Shown: piece by piece, positions 39,870 to 52,539 of the stretch
Position numbering within the stretch: position 1 is the stretch's first letter
How the letters are laid out: each line of letters opens with the position of its first letter
DNA from: Penicillus capitatus
Taxonomy: Eukaryota; Plantae; Chlorophyta
Direction of reading: 5' to 3'
DNA length: 64,000 nucleotides
Assembly (NCBI GenBank): GCA_965649825.1
Contig: OZ287717.1
Location: 75,201-139,200, forward strand
Program-made: the position numbers and the translations under genes
The notes under the pieces: model-generated
Told to the model about the DNA's origin: nothing
Seen by the model: the letters and a program-made list of their open reading frames with translations, nothing else
Database searches by the model: none

Positions 39870-40425
39870 GGGATCGCCACCCACATGTATCACGCACATA
39901 GATTCGTGGCTCGATCGAAACGAGCATACGGCATTCCTTGCGATTCCAACGATGCAGGAAAGCCTTCGAACGTATCCTTGATATTTGATCCCATGTATGC
40001 TAGCATCGTGACGACATTTTAGAAGGAACCAACCAACCTCGCATTTCATACGAACAACGGCTGTCACATCACCGCAAGCGACGCGTGGGTCCGTGTTGGG
40101 GGACCACCATGGCACTGATGCAAGAGGCTCAGATGCGCCTTTCAGGTATCAACAGAGAATGTGCTTGAATCGCTCAAATCACACACGGTCTTCCAAGTAC
40201 GCTTGCTCCAAGTCTATCGCCCCGCAGCACAGCACCATGCACGGAATGCGTGTGCTCTTCTGTGATTTGAGTACGAAAACAGAAACAGACCCATATGTAA
40301 CTTGTCCCCCTCCTCTGTTCACACGTTATCCAGCCGCGCTGTGTATAAGCGATGATGTTGTGTTAAGTTAACTGGAAAACGAGATGAAATCGGTCAAAGC
40401 AATGCCAGGCAATGTCCAACTGTGA

Positions 40426-40779
40426 TTAAACGGCTTCACCGTTCAATACACTGTCCAGTTCACCCATCTCCTCCAATTCCAACAACTCCTCCGCGTCTCC
40501 CACAAACTAAAGCGCGAAACGGGTGTCAATGGGTGTCTGTCTGGGTCAGGGGATAGGGTGGGATGACCCACGCACCTTGCCGTCTATGAAAAGCTGCGGC
40601 AGTTTCTTGGCGCCCGTCTCGTCAGGTTCCAGTTCATTCCGTCGCTCCGAGTCCATCGCAACGTCCACTTCTTCGTAGACCATCTTCCGACTCTCCAACA
40701 GCCTCTTAACGCGAAGGATTTCGTGCTTGAGTTTGATGGTCACGGGAACCGACGTCGAGTACAGAGTGACTTGTGGCAT
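40426..40779 (-). CDS. SH3BGR/glutaredoxin-fold small protein lacking CxxC, 2 exons
   Basis: VTLYSTS...LLESRKMVYEEVDVAMD...LPQLFIDGK|FVGDAEELLELEEMGEL; intron 40575-40507. Confidence 0.8.
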
Positions 40780-40843
40780 TTCCAACGAATGAGCGAACCG
40801 AACGCACACACACGCACGAACGCACAAATGATGATGACATAGA

Positions 40844-43105
40844 CTAAGCAACCAATGTCATTTTTCCTTTCTCATTGTTTTCCTTCTCCAGTTGCAACAC
40901 AGCCGCCGCTCCTTCAAAATCGCCATTCCTCTCCAGCGCCCTGGACAGGATCATATAGGCTGCATGATTCATCTGCTGACTGCTGCTGCTGAACTCGTCA
41001 AAGAACTGATAGATCAGATCAATGCGTTTGCACTCCCCTGCTGCCTGGATGAGATTACAGAAGACAGGCAGATCTATCTGGATTTGTTTCTCCTTCAATT
41101 CATTGTAGATCTGCAGCACCTTATCGATGTCGCGGTTCACACCATAGCCATGGATCAGGGCAGCATATGATCTGGTGTTCACCACCACATCGCTTTTCTT
41201 GTACTCTTCAAACAGCTCCTCCATCTTCTCCACCTGCCCCACTGTCCCTGCCAGATGCATCAAGGACGTGTAGGTGTGTTTGTTTGGATAAATGCCGACT
41301 CCCTTCATCTCTTCCAACAGCTTCATTCCGTCTTCCAAGTCGCCCAAGAGGTCGCATATGTGGATCATGGTCGTGTAGATAACGACGTTCAGATGCATAC
41401 CCCGTCGTTTCATCTCGTTAAAATATGTCCAAGCGCTCCGCACCCTTTCTCGGTCCTCTGATCTCGCACACATGTGTAGGATTAAGCTGTAACTCCGAAT
41501 GGGAGGAAACTTATCGTCCTGTCGCATCGCTGCTAACACTCCATCCATCGCTTCCCAGTTATCGCTATTGGCACAGGCTCGAATCATGGCAATGTAGCTG
41601 CCCAATGTGACCGGAAACGATAACTTTTGCATTTCGCTCACCAGATCAAGAATGCTTTGCAGTGCAACCTTCCAGTCTTTGATATAACGTACATCCGAGT
41701 GGTAGTCCAGAAAATACTTGTACACCGATGCCTGCATATGCGATCGGTTCTCTTTGAGCTGACCAAAGAAGAAATTGGCACGATCGAGTTGCCTGGCATT
41801 CAGGAAGATCTGAATGAGATACGAGAGCATCTCCCCCGTCACATAGATCCTGGCCGTCTGCATTTCTTCGATGAAGATTTCGGCGATGATAGCTGCCTCG
41901 TGCTCCAATGTCTTCGCACCCACCAATCCCCTCAGCAGAGCGATATAGATATCCCGCGACACAGCGGTCTCTCTTTCTCTCATAATACACAGCAAGCCAA
42001 AAACGCTTTTCCAGTCATCTTTTGAGAGAAAGAACGCCATTAACGCATCGTATGTTTCCACCGGCACCACGGGATTATTCTTCTCGATCTCATGATAGAT
42101 CCTCCAGCACATTTTCGCGATCTCGTTCGATTCTCTGACAGTCCGAGGCTTCGAAGACTCTCGAATGATGGACAGATAAAGGGCCGTCTTGACAGGCATC
42201 TTTTTTTCCACCATCTCATTGATATATTGTATGGAGAGATCCACATCTCCTCGTCTCAGAGCGATGCGTATCAAGGCACGGTAGGTATAGGCATCGGGCT
42301 CCAGTCCTTCATCCTCCATCTGTTTCATCAACATCTGCACCTGCACCAGGCCCTCCGTGGTATTCCGTTGCGGACGCGAAAATCCACTGATGAGCGTATT
42401 GTATGTCACGCAATCGGCTTTGATGCCTCTGGACTTCATCTCATTCAGCGTCTCGACGGCTCTGTCCAGTCCAGTATCCGCGGCAATGAATACCTGGATC
42501 AGTGAGTTGTAGAGGATGCGGTCGATGGTACACGTCTCGCTCTTTTCTGCTTCCTCCCATAGCTGCAAGGCCCTGTCAACGTCCTTCCGTTTCGAACAGA
42601 CATTCAGCATGATGGAGAACGTGAAGGCGTCTGGACTCAATCCTTCTTCCTTCAGCTGTTTGTAATAGTCCCAGCACTGTATAAACTGTCCCTTCACTTG
42701 AAACCCTTTGATCATACTGTTATACAGTGCCAGCGGTCTGTCTCTGAGCGTTATGAAGATTCTCTCCGCTTTCCACGTCTCGTTTTCGTTGACGAGCTTC
42801 ATCACTCTTTTCTCAATCTCACTCAATGGCCTTTCCGGTGAATGAGACGCGGGAACGTCAAGGACCTACACATATATCTTCCCCCCTCTGTCCGAGACCG
42901 AACGACGAGCGTTTACAGGAGATGGTGCAAGATCGTCTCCCTCGCCTGCCACGGAACGAACGACAATGCTGAGGTAAGGCGCTGCCCTGTTCAGAGGGGC
43001 ACGCTGAGAGATGTGGGAGATGCGCCGATTTCGGCCATCGCGTCGTGATCGGCCAGTCAGAACGGGAAGGCGCCTGACAGACGCTGTGGGCAGACGAGGC
43101 TGCAT
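40844..43105 (-). CDS. P-type pentatricopeptide repeat protein, probably organelle-targeted
   Basis: 660-aa ORF with many 35-aa PPR motifs (PDAFTFSIMLNVCSK, ADCVTYNTLISGFSR, NVVIYTTMIHIC, PNKHTYTSLM). Upstream Arg/Ser-rich exon (MQPRLPTASVRR...VVRSVA) joinable by a short intron 42869-42831; 5' end tentative. Confidence 0.9.
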
Positions 43106-43248
43106 CCGATGGAAGAACAAAGCGTGGCCGAACGCGAGCTAACCCTAAGATGTGTCGGCGAGTCGATAAGGGTGAAATGACACGTCGACTCGAACGCACA
43201 CACGCACGCTCAGAGGTCAATTCGAAGGCAGAGCAGACGGATCGTCTC

Positions 43249-45172
43249 ATGTCGATGATTGCGCACCTACTGCACCATCCTTCTCTTCTGGCACACAGCT
43301 TTCACATTCGGCATGATCTCACACGGCTGGGTTGTCGTTGGAGAGGAACGACGCAGAGAGGGCGGATTCCTGTGTCTCTCCCCAAAGCCGTCGACGACCT
43401 TCGTGAACACCATGCTGTCACATCAGCTCCACCTGCCTCAACCGATGTCATTGGACAGGTCTTGCATGCGTTTGCAGGAGATGCGTAGAGGGATCCGATG
43501 ATATCCAACAGGTGATGAGTGCCGAGGCGAATTTCGTCCGAGTCCGTGTGCTGACACCGGATCTGCTTGGGGAATGGGAACAACCGTCAGTTTCACCATG
43601 GACAGATACAGGCACGCATCACACATCGCTACTGAAAACGGCGCAGCCCTTTACCTCATGGCAGGCCTCGACATGCAGACGGGTCAACTGCTCTGCGTCG
43701 TGCGATCGGTGCTCAAGAAGATCAAGAGCCGTGTGTTGGTCGGAGACTTCGTCCGCGTTCAGTCCGTCGACTGGACAGACGAGAGAGGTTCGGTGCAAGC
43801 AGAGCAAGGATGACTGTGGGTTGGTGGTGTCGTCAGGTGTTGTCTCTGAAGTGCTGACACGGCGAACAGAGTTGGTCGATCCGCCAGTGGCCAACATTAA
43901 CCACATCCTCGTGCTCATGTCCATGACCGATCCGCCCGTAGACTCGCACTCTTTTCACAATGCTGTCCAATTGACGACCGCTGTGTCAGTTTGACTCCCT
44001 GCAGGCGACGCGGTTCTTAGTCGAGGCGCAGTCGACAGGGGTGCCAGTCACGCTGGCCGTTAACAAGGCCGATCTGGAATCGCCTCTCCATGTAAAGCAG
44101 CTGATGGAGCGCGTGGTCAGTTGGGGATACGAGGCGGTCATGTTGAGCTGCTGTTCGGGATATGGCATTCCCCGTTGCGCCGATATCTTGAAACACAAGA
44201 TCTCCGCCGTCATCGGACCATCCGGTACCTTCTAAACCCCCTTCGCACCGACATCCACGCACAAAATGGACACAGGTGTTGGAAAGTCCTCTCTCATCAA
44301 CGCACTGAGAACAGATGCACATGTAAGTGAATACGTGCGTGCGTGTGCGAGTGGATGGGCGGGTAGTGTGAGTCCTATGGGGGTCGTACGCACGCAGTTG
44401 GCTTACCTTGGATGAAAATCCATGCCGTGTCTTTCGCCTACCGTGTGATGTTGTGTGCTGGAGGTGCCGTATAGATGACGGCTCAGTCTGTGGGTAACAT
44501 CTCAGCCATCGGCCGGGGCAAGCACACAACGCGTGCCGTTTCGTTTCTGGAGCTTTCAGGCGGTGGTCTGTTGGCGGACACACCGGGTGCGGGTTGAGAT
44601 GTGCTCAAGAGGTGGGTGACATTGTTGCAGGGTTCAATGTACCGGACCTCTCTGGTATTTCGAGTGATGCTCTTCAAGACCTCTTCCCAGAGATCCAGAA
44701 ACGACGCGAGGCTGGGGCTGATGCCGCCAAATGTCGCTTTGCCAATTGCCAACACATCCTCGAACCGGACTGTCCCATCCGTGCCGAACCATGGGAGCGC
44801 TATCCACTCTACACCCGACTCCATCGAGAAATCCAGGCAAGCATCCGTCTCTCCAACACCCCAATGAACTACAGTCTGTTGGGAATGGACAGGAAAGGGA
44901 ACGATATGAGAGACAGGTGCTGCAGTTGACAAAGAAGAGACGTGAAGGACAGATCAAGAGAAAGAAAGCCAAAGGGGGTCAGTGGAAAGAAGAGGCCCTG
45001 CTCGAGACAAAGAGACATCGTCGCATCTCTAGACGAACCGTAAGTACTAGACAAACATTATCCAGACCTACCGTAACCATCCTTTCCCCAGAAAACCCAA
45101 ACACTCCGCGAACAAGTGGCAGACGAAGATGTCTCCCAGAACAACGAAGACGACGACGATCTGCTCCTTTAG
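43249..45172 (+). CDS. rsgA: Organellar ribosome small-subunit biogenesis GTPase RsgA/YjeQ (circularly permuted GTPase)
   Basis: OB-fold LLCVVRSVLKKIKSRVLVGDFV, DPPVANI, G4 NKAD preceding G1 GPSG|VGKSSLINAL, G2 GRGKHTT, G3 ADTPG, Zn-finger CRFANCQHILEPDC, and a plant-type basic C-terminal tail. GC-AG intron 44837-44892. Confidence 0.92.
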
Positions 45173-45545
45173 AGGCGAAGGGGAGCGTCGAGTGCGGGCG
45201 ATGGATACATCGAAGGGATCGTCATCACCAACCGACGACGTGTACGTACGTATCCATTTGATCGGCTGTGCATTCGGAGTCGGAGCAAACGTGTTTTGAC
45301 GCATCCATTCCTTCACCCTTTTTTATTGTTCACTCTTCGCGACTTTATCGAATTGGCGGAAAACGCATACGAGGACTCCGCACAGCACTGAAGGACACCC
45401 CTGTCGTGACGCCCTCCGTTTCGCATTGCTTCGAGGAACGGCGGCCGTTGTGTAGATACTTATACACCCCCGTTTACGATTCAGTTTTGAACACCACGCA
45501 GCCAAGACGCCATTTGTCTCCGGAAGCGGAAAAGCAGAATACGAG

Positions 45546-47089
45546 ATGCCGCTCCCTGGTGAAGTCGAGGCAATGGCCGTCGTCAAAGAACTGCAAAGAG
45601 AAGTCGAAAGACAAGTAACAACGCCACATCTTACTCCCTAACCACTCTACTTTATCCTTATCTCACACATTTTGTCACACTTCAGGCTGACCTTATCTAT
45701 CAATTGCGACAAGACAATGTCGATTTACGATCCAAACTAGAGTCCGAGAAAGGCAAGTGACCCGCTCACCCCCTTGGATCTTTTGGATCTCATCGAAGGA
45801 TGGTCTGTTGGCAGCGGCAAGTCAAAGATATGCAGATGAATTGCAGCGTGCTCTGAAAGGGCCATTCGGTCAGGCGTCCTCGTTCACTCAGAGTGATCTC
45901 GATACCGATCCGACGTAAGACCCAACGCGACTGTCTCTTGCGCTGCTCACGGTCTGCGTTTCGGACGGTGTAGACTGTCGATGTCACCGAGAGAGAGTGG
46001 CTGCTGCTCGACCATGAACAATGCACTGAGTCTGACCATTCGGACGCGGTTGCAACCATCTGCGTCAGAAGGTCAGCAAAATACATGCCTGCCTCTGTGA
46101 AGATGCCGGAGTCCGGTGGCCCTGCAGGAAGTTGGTTGGAAGATTCGGGATCGCTGACCTGTTCAGATCTCGAAAGCGGAAGCAAACAGCTAACGGACTC
46201 CGAAGACGTCATGAGCGATGCAAGTACGGACGGCCCGAGTGAGGCACGCGGCATTCCTGTGTGCTGTCTAGAGAATTCAGGGATCCATCCAAAGCGCAGC
46301 GCATTTTTTCGTTTGGGGAAGAATAAGATGCACAGGAAGACGTCTCTGAGGCAAAGCTTGCATAAGTCTCAACACTCAGAATTGTGTGACATGGTCGAAA
46401 GGGATGAGACCACAACACTGTCACTCACCCCGGATAGAAGTGCGAAACGCTTCTCGTCTGATGCCTTGCACCGACACCTGTCGACAGGGAGACGACCGAT
46501 TCCTGTTCAGCGCACTCCTGAGGGGCAGCAACGTACCGAGAGCTTGTCTCGGTTAGGCTGGACAGTCGAAGCAGGGCAGAAGCTCACTCTCGTCCAGGTG
46601 TGCTGTCACATCAGCTAACCGTCGTGGATGGTGGGCTTGGATGATAGGATTCATACACCAAACACAGAGACGTGTTCAATGACGACGTTCGCTTTATGTA
46701 TGAAGTACTGAAAGGACAGAGCAGAGCTCCGGAGATGGATATTGACGTGGAACTCCACAAGATGATGAAAGACTTTAAGACCTGGCGCAAACAGTTCGAA
46801 GTAAACGCCTCTGTCGATGGCCCTGTGCCTCTCTGAGGGATGCGGGATGGGTTAGGAATCTGTCAAGTGTCTTCAGTCTACGTTAAAGAAGAGAAATAAC
46901 AACTCGACATTCAGCACTTCGTGCGCTTCGGGCACAAAGTACCTCCCAACAGGACTGCCCTACACAGATGCTTGTTCATGCTGCGCGCTGCACAGACATC
47001 ACGAAGGATGTGGTGTTGCACGCAGATCGACGGTGGCTGCGTCCATTGGCAAGCTCTTCACGCGATCAACGACTGAGGAATTGCAGTAG
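45546..47089 (+). CDS. Multi-exon hypothetical protein with N-terminal coiled coil
   Basis: MPLPGEVEAMAVVKELQREVERQ|ADLIYQLRQDNVDLRSKLESEK|...; long Ser-rich exon 46085-46600; DVFNDDVRFMYEVLK...WRKQFE|ESVKCLQ...TEELQ*. No family recognised. Confidence 0.5.
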
Positions 47090-47599
47090 GTGTCTATCTG
47101 CATCTCCCTCTGTTGCCGGAGGGTTTTCTAGATGCCAGGAGAGGGCACTATCGGTGTCCCAATAATCTTCCCCTGACTATTCTTATCATATTCGAGACAA
47201 CAATAAGCGCGTGTGCGCGAGGATCCTAACTGACCCTCCAACATTTCATTGCGATGCACAACGGGCATCTATATCTCCGGCTGAGGACTGACGACTGCCC
47301 AGAAATCTTTTCTTCCCTCCATCTATATCACACCACATGCAGAGCAGCAATTCTTACCCCTCCGTACCACAACTCTTCTCATTACACTCTCCAGTCTTCA
47401 AGTTCAGAAACTCTGGCATGAGCAAACAAACGATTTGGAAGTGTCGTACGAGTTGTACATTAGCTGAGGGCACTCTGTTGTGTAATAAAAGCGGAGCGCA
47501 GGCTCAGCTTCGACGTCTTGTTCGGATGACAAGGACAAAACGCTTCCTTACACAATCTGTCTGTCGCTCGGCCTAACGTACCACCCCACCCCCATCCTC

Positions 47600-49377
47600 T
47601 CATATGCGTTTGGATCTGCGCACGAGTTGCATGGTGCGACTGTTCGGTTTAATGCTTCGACGTTTCATGGCTGCAACGGTCTCGAATACCCGGTGTCTCT
47701 GACCGTCATAGATATACCACTTGATGAGAGCGTTATACGTGTGAACATTTGGGTCAATTCCTCTCTCTTTCATCTCGTTCATGCATTCCAGGGCGCCGAT
47801 CTCGTCGTCGACGCTTAAGTACACCTTCACGAAGGACGTGTACACAACAACGTTCGGTTTTATGCCTTCTTCCGCCATATAGCTCATCAGCTTCTGTCCA
47901 GATCTCAGATCCTTGGCACAGGAACAGGCAACCAGCAGAGAGCTGATGATCTTGCAGTTGAGTCGAAGACCACGCTTTTTGAGGAGATCGGCGTAGTAGA
48001 AACAGTCCCGGAGATACTGCCGCACGTCTGTTTCGGGCGAGTGCTTCGCGCAGCAGTCGATCAATGTCCCGTAGGTAAAGATATCCCAACGCACGCCTCT
48101 CTTCTCCATCACTGCTGCAATCTCCTTAGCCCGTACATAGTTGCCCATTTCGGCACAGACTTTGAGCAGGGAGTTAAAGGTGTGCGTGTTTGGATCCACG
48201 CCATCCAACTCCATATCATCCAGCACCTGCGCGCAGCAATCGAACAGCTCTCCCTTCGGTATCCTTCTCCCGTTCTTCGCATAGCCATCGAGCATCATGC
48301 TATAGGTGATGATATCTGGCTGCACTCCCTCCAGCTTCATCTCCTGAAAGACGGACTGTGCTGTCTGCGTGTAGTGCACAGACAAACACATCTTGATCAA
48401 CGTGTTGTATGTCTGGATGTCACACTTGAGGCCTTTCTCAACGATTTCGCGCTTGATCTCTAAACCTTTCTTCACCAAAGCGTCGCCCGTGCCAAATGGA
48501 TTCAGTTCTGCATAGCCGTTCATCAATGTATTATAGGTAACGACTGTTCTCTCCAGCTTGAGTTTTCCTATTTCCTCGAAGACCTTGAGCGCTGTCTCTA
48601 GACTTCCAGCTTTGATGCAGGTCCGCATCAGGGCGTTCATTCCAGCGGTGTCAGGTTCAATGCCTAAGGATCGAAACTCAAACAGCACTTCGACTGCTTT
48701 CTTCAGATCGCCCTTGGCAGCACAGCCTGCCAACAGTGTACACTCAGCGTAGGTGTTGGGTTCGATCTTCGCCTTTCGCATCTCTTGATACCACTCGAAC
48801 ACTTTGTCCCCTTTGTTCAGCAGATAGTACCCGCGCATCATAGATACGTAAGTGAAGGAATTTGGTGCCACTCCTTTCTTCTCCATCTCAGTGAAAAGGC
48901 GCTCCGCTTCGCGCATGTTTTGAGAAAGGGCACATTCTTGTATTCTTTTGGAGTAGTACTTTACATCCATGACCGCCGCATTTGTCTTCTCTCCAGCAGG
49001 CTCCTCCTTCTCTGCGACTGAATCCAAGTCGATAGAGGCATCGCCATCGGGTAGGGAAGGATCTGGAAACGGAGCAGTGGATGTGTCGACGTCCACTCTT
49101 GCCTGAAGCTGCAGAGGACATCGAAGAGGAGAGATATTCTGTGTCGTCGTGACCTTGTGTGTTTTCATACGGTGTGTATTGGAATGAGAAAGCGACGAAC
49201 CGATCTGCTTCCGTCTCTCCGTGTATCGCGTCGCATGGCGAATTCCGTGTACCTGTGCAGACGACGTCTATGTCGTTTTCTTCGCTGTTGGCAGTGATGG
49301 CTTACGGAGAAGGAAGATGGGCGGCGACAGGAAAGGCGTCTGCCGTTGCAGCTCATCTGTCCGCCGAGCAGAACCAT
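47600..49377 (-). CDS. P-type pentatricopeptide repeat protein, probably organelle-targeted
   Basis: 522-aa ORF with PPR motifs (PNSFTYVSMMRGY, PDTAGMNALMRTC, PDIITYSMMLDGY, PNVVVYTSFVKVY). Arg/Ser-rich upstream exon joinable at ACC|GTATGA...CTGCAG|. Confidence 0.9.
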
Positions 49378-49588
49378 CGAACCACAGAGAATGCGTCTGA
49401 TGGAACTGGATGCAGTGTCCTTTCTATGATTGCGTTGAAGGAACTGTGCGTTATCGACGTGGAACCGGCAGAGAGCTCGTTTAATCGGCGGATTCGGTGA
49501 AACGCTTTCAGTGTCTCTTGGTTGACACCCGCATCTCTTCAAACACCACGTGCACAAGGACTACCGACGTTCATAACGATCAGATAGG

Positions 49589-52539
49589 ATGGAGGAGGAA
49601 CTGCGTTATCGCGGTAAGAAAGAGAGTCCTGGGAGTTCGTCTGTTGCTCCAAGGGAAGACAGAGAACCATCTCCGGTTAGCGAGCATGCTGAAAAACGAC
49701 AGACCCGAGGCACAAAGACTTCCTCCAGCGATAAGGGTCTTATTAGAAGGATTATTCGATGGAGTTCTCGGTTGCCGCAGAACATCCGTCGGGTCGCCTC
49801 AACGATAAATGACCTCCTCCAAATTCGTTGGATCGCCACCATCGACGACACCATCAGCGATATTGCTGTCTGTTTTGAGAATGAACGTGTTCATTCAACC
49901 TTGGTCAATCTATCCTGGAAAGTCTTATGGGTGAGCTACCTGTCTGCTATTGTCCTTTTGATTCGGGATATTATTCTTGTGGAATCTGCGAAGGGTGTCA
50001 TAGCTTACACGCGGGTATTGCAGGTTTTTTGTGTTCAGGCAATGTTCCCTTTCGCCTTTCTGCTGTTGGTTTATCTCACTGTTCAGTTTGTCAGCAGTAT
50101 GAAACATCTGGGAGAGTTCTTCCTCGGCAAACCGATATCACAGTACATCAATGATTTAGGAACATGCCTTCTGATCGGTTGGGCATTGCAGATTCTCCTC
50201 GATTTATCAGGGAAGCCTAATACAATTCTGCTGCAAATGCTCATTGCTATGAGCATAGCGACTTTGATCTCCAGTACCCTGGTATTTTTGGTGGTTTGTC
50301 GAATGCTCACAGTATTTTCTAATCGTTGGAGGTTCACTGCGACGGGCATGACCTATCTTTTTGCTTTGTTTTACTCCTACCAATTAGTCAGCCTGATCAC
50401 AAAGGCTTTCGCCAATTGGGGATTCTTTTTTCCTCTATTGGCAAAAATGATTTATCGTCTAAATGAGAGAATATTAAAGGAAGAGTCGAAATCAGATGCC
50501 AGGCAACAGAAGCAACACATTGCACACGAATTAATGAAAAGGGAAGAGACAGCCGTAATGCAGCAGAAAGAAGAACTCCATATGTCGATGACAAGACTCC
50601 AGATGATACTGCAAGGAATGCTGAATAAAATAGGGGAACTTTTGACACAGATGCATACGGATTTCAAGACATGGCAAGAAAGAATTCTGGCTGATCCAAA
50701 AAGATTTGAGGCTGATCCAAAAAGATTTGAGGCTGATCCAAAAAGATTTGAGGCTGATCCGGAAAGAAGTCGGGCTGATGTAGAAATAATTCGGGCTGAA
50801 CGGGCTGATGTAGAAAGAAGATTAATTCGGGCTGCAGTAGAAAGAAGATTAATTCGGGCTGAAATAGAAAGAAGTCGGGCTGAAGTAGGAAAATATCGTA
50901 AGGCTCCATGCCAAATCCGCGAAACACAAGAATCACAAGAGACCACCCAGAGTCTTGCAAAGCCTCTGGTACAAAGTTCAAAAACTCCGCCAGCCCATCA
51001 GGGAGAAATGGCACATGGTGTTCCGAAATTGAGTGAATCAGCATTGACATTGTTGCCTGCTCGCACGTCAGATGTCAGTCTGGATAATCTCTTTCTTCAC
51101 GCACCATCATCCACTAACAATCCAACCGAAATAGATTCTCCTACGCCTCTTAAATGTCTAATCACTGAGACAAGCGGAAGCCTGCCATCACAGAGAGCCC
51201 TTCTGCATGACGTAATGTGTTGCTCCATGAAAAGAGGAAACAAATGCACTGTTTGTGGGATGCCCATAGGTCATAGAAGGGCTGATGGTGATTCACAGAG
51301 AAGGCTGTGTTCATGGTGGATTAACGCCGGAGAGTATCGTGTGGAAGAAGACCACACTACGTTGGGCAATCGTTTATCCGATTTCCGCAACAGCATCGAG
51401 TTCATCTCCATCTGAATTTTCGACAGACTATACAGCACCAGAGATTCTTCAAGATGCAAACGATCCTCCTGATCCAAGTGCTGCAGTGGACATGTGGTCT
51501 CTCGGCATCATTGCCTTTGAGCTTATTGCAGGTCCGTCGCTCTGTTGACGACCACCTGTATACATAGCAGCTGCTCGTGTTCCCAGGCACACGGTTTTAT
51601 GGATCTCCTGCACTGCCGGGTCCGACTAGTCTGACAAAGAAAGCCATAGCAAGACGGATCAGAATCATCCAAAACTGTGACGCAAGTGATCTGTTGTTAA
51701 ACTTGATTGTACTCGAACCCGAGTGTCGATGGTCTGTCATGAGAGCTGCCATGAGTTCATTCTTTACGTCCGATCAAAATACCTCTAATGCAGTAAATTT
51801 TCAGAAGCAGGTCTTTAGCCCTTCAATATGCCATTTCTTTGATCTATTCATACAGGCACAGAGTACAAGGAATGATAAGTGCGACATATGCCATCTGAGA
51901 AAGAGCGTTTTTGAAGCACAGGGCGACGAACCTGTGTTGATATCGATCTGCATAGAGCATTACTATGCGCCCAGAGATCCTGCAGATCTATTTGGGCTGT
52001 TAATGGGTCGAGCAGCACCCATGGATCTGGATGCATTCTTCCATCCTAGAGATCCTGTCTTTCTTTTACACATTGTACAGAAGTACCAAATCCGTGTGTG
52101 CTTGAAGAGTTCTGAAAAACTCCCGTCAGACATACGTCTGGATCATGTATACCTCAGTCTTCGGGATGGCGAAAGAAAGGAACTGGAAGTCGTAAGCTTT
52201 CAGATTGCTGACGACGGATTTGAAATGGTCGCTCTGCCGGATTTCGGGAGCTTGCCTTTCAAGAAACACCAGAGGATACCATCTCCTCATCTTAAACATG
52301 AAGAGGATTATGTGCACCTTTTTCTCGACATGGAGATATCTGTAGACTCGGAGGAGTCCTTCCTTCCCTCCATCAAGCTCTACAGCTCATTGATCAGCAA
52401 GATGGTGTCCATGCGTGTATCTCCTAAAAGAGATTTTAGAAAGAAGCTCGAAGAATCGAAAGCGAGACTGCCACGGTGGATGCACAGCCATCTCCGCGGA
52501 GCCTGCTTCGTCCTCGAAACTGACCTATTCGATGTGTAA
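49589..52539 (+). CDS. Multi-TM + coiled-coil + C-lobe-only pseudokinase + beta-rich domain protein (cassette copy A), 3 exons
   Basis: Exons 49589-51211, 51270-51531, 51587-52539; both introns are GT-AG and at the same positions as in copy B. Kinase-like VHGGLTPESIVW...STDYTAPE...VDMWSLGIIAFELIAG; no N-lobe motifs or DFG visible. Confidence 0.75.
50690..50885 (+). repeat. Coding tandem repeats: 21-bp unit (ADPKRFE x3 plus ADPER) followed by imperfect RA(D/A/E)xxxRLI-type units
   Basis: GCTGATCCAAAAAGATTTGAG repeated at 21-bp period from ~50,690, then CGGGCTG...GAAAGAAG units, all in frame in the 608-aa ORF. Confidence 0.9.

Noticed and set aside
43546-43664. Additional GC-AG intron in RsgA (43612-43664)
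   Set aside because: An alternative GT donor at 43546 gives an equally in-frame product, so it was not counted.
49589-51415. 608-aa ORF as a stand-alone protein
   Set aside because: A GT-AG intron at 51212-51269, conserved in copy B, joins it to the kinase-like exon; the last ~65 codons are read-through.
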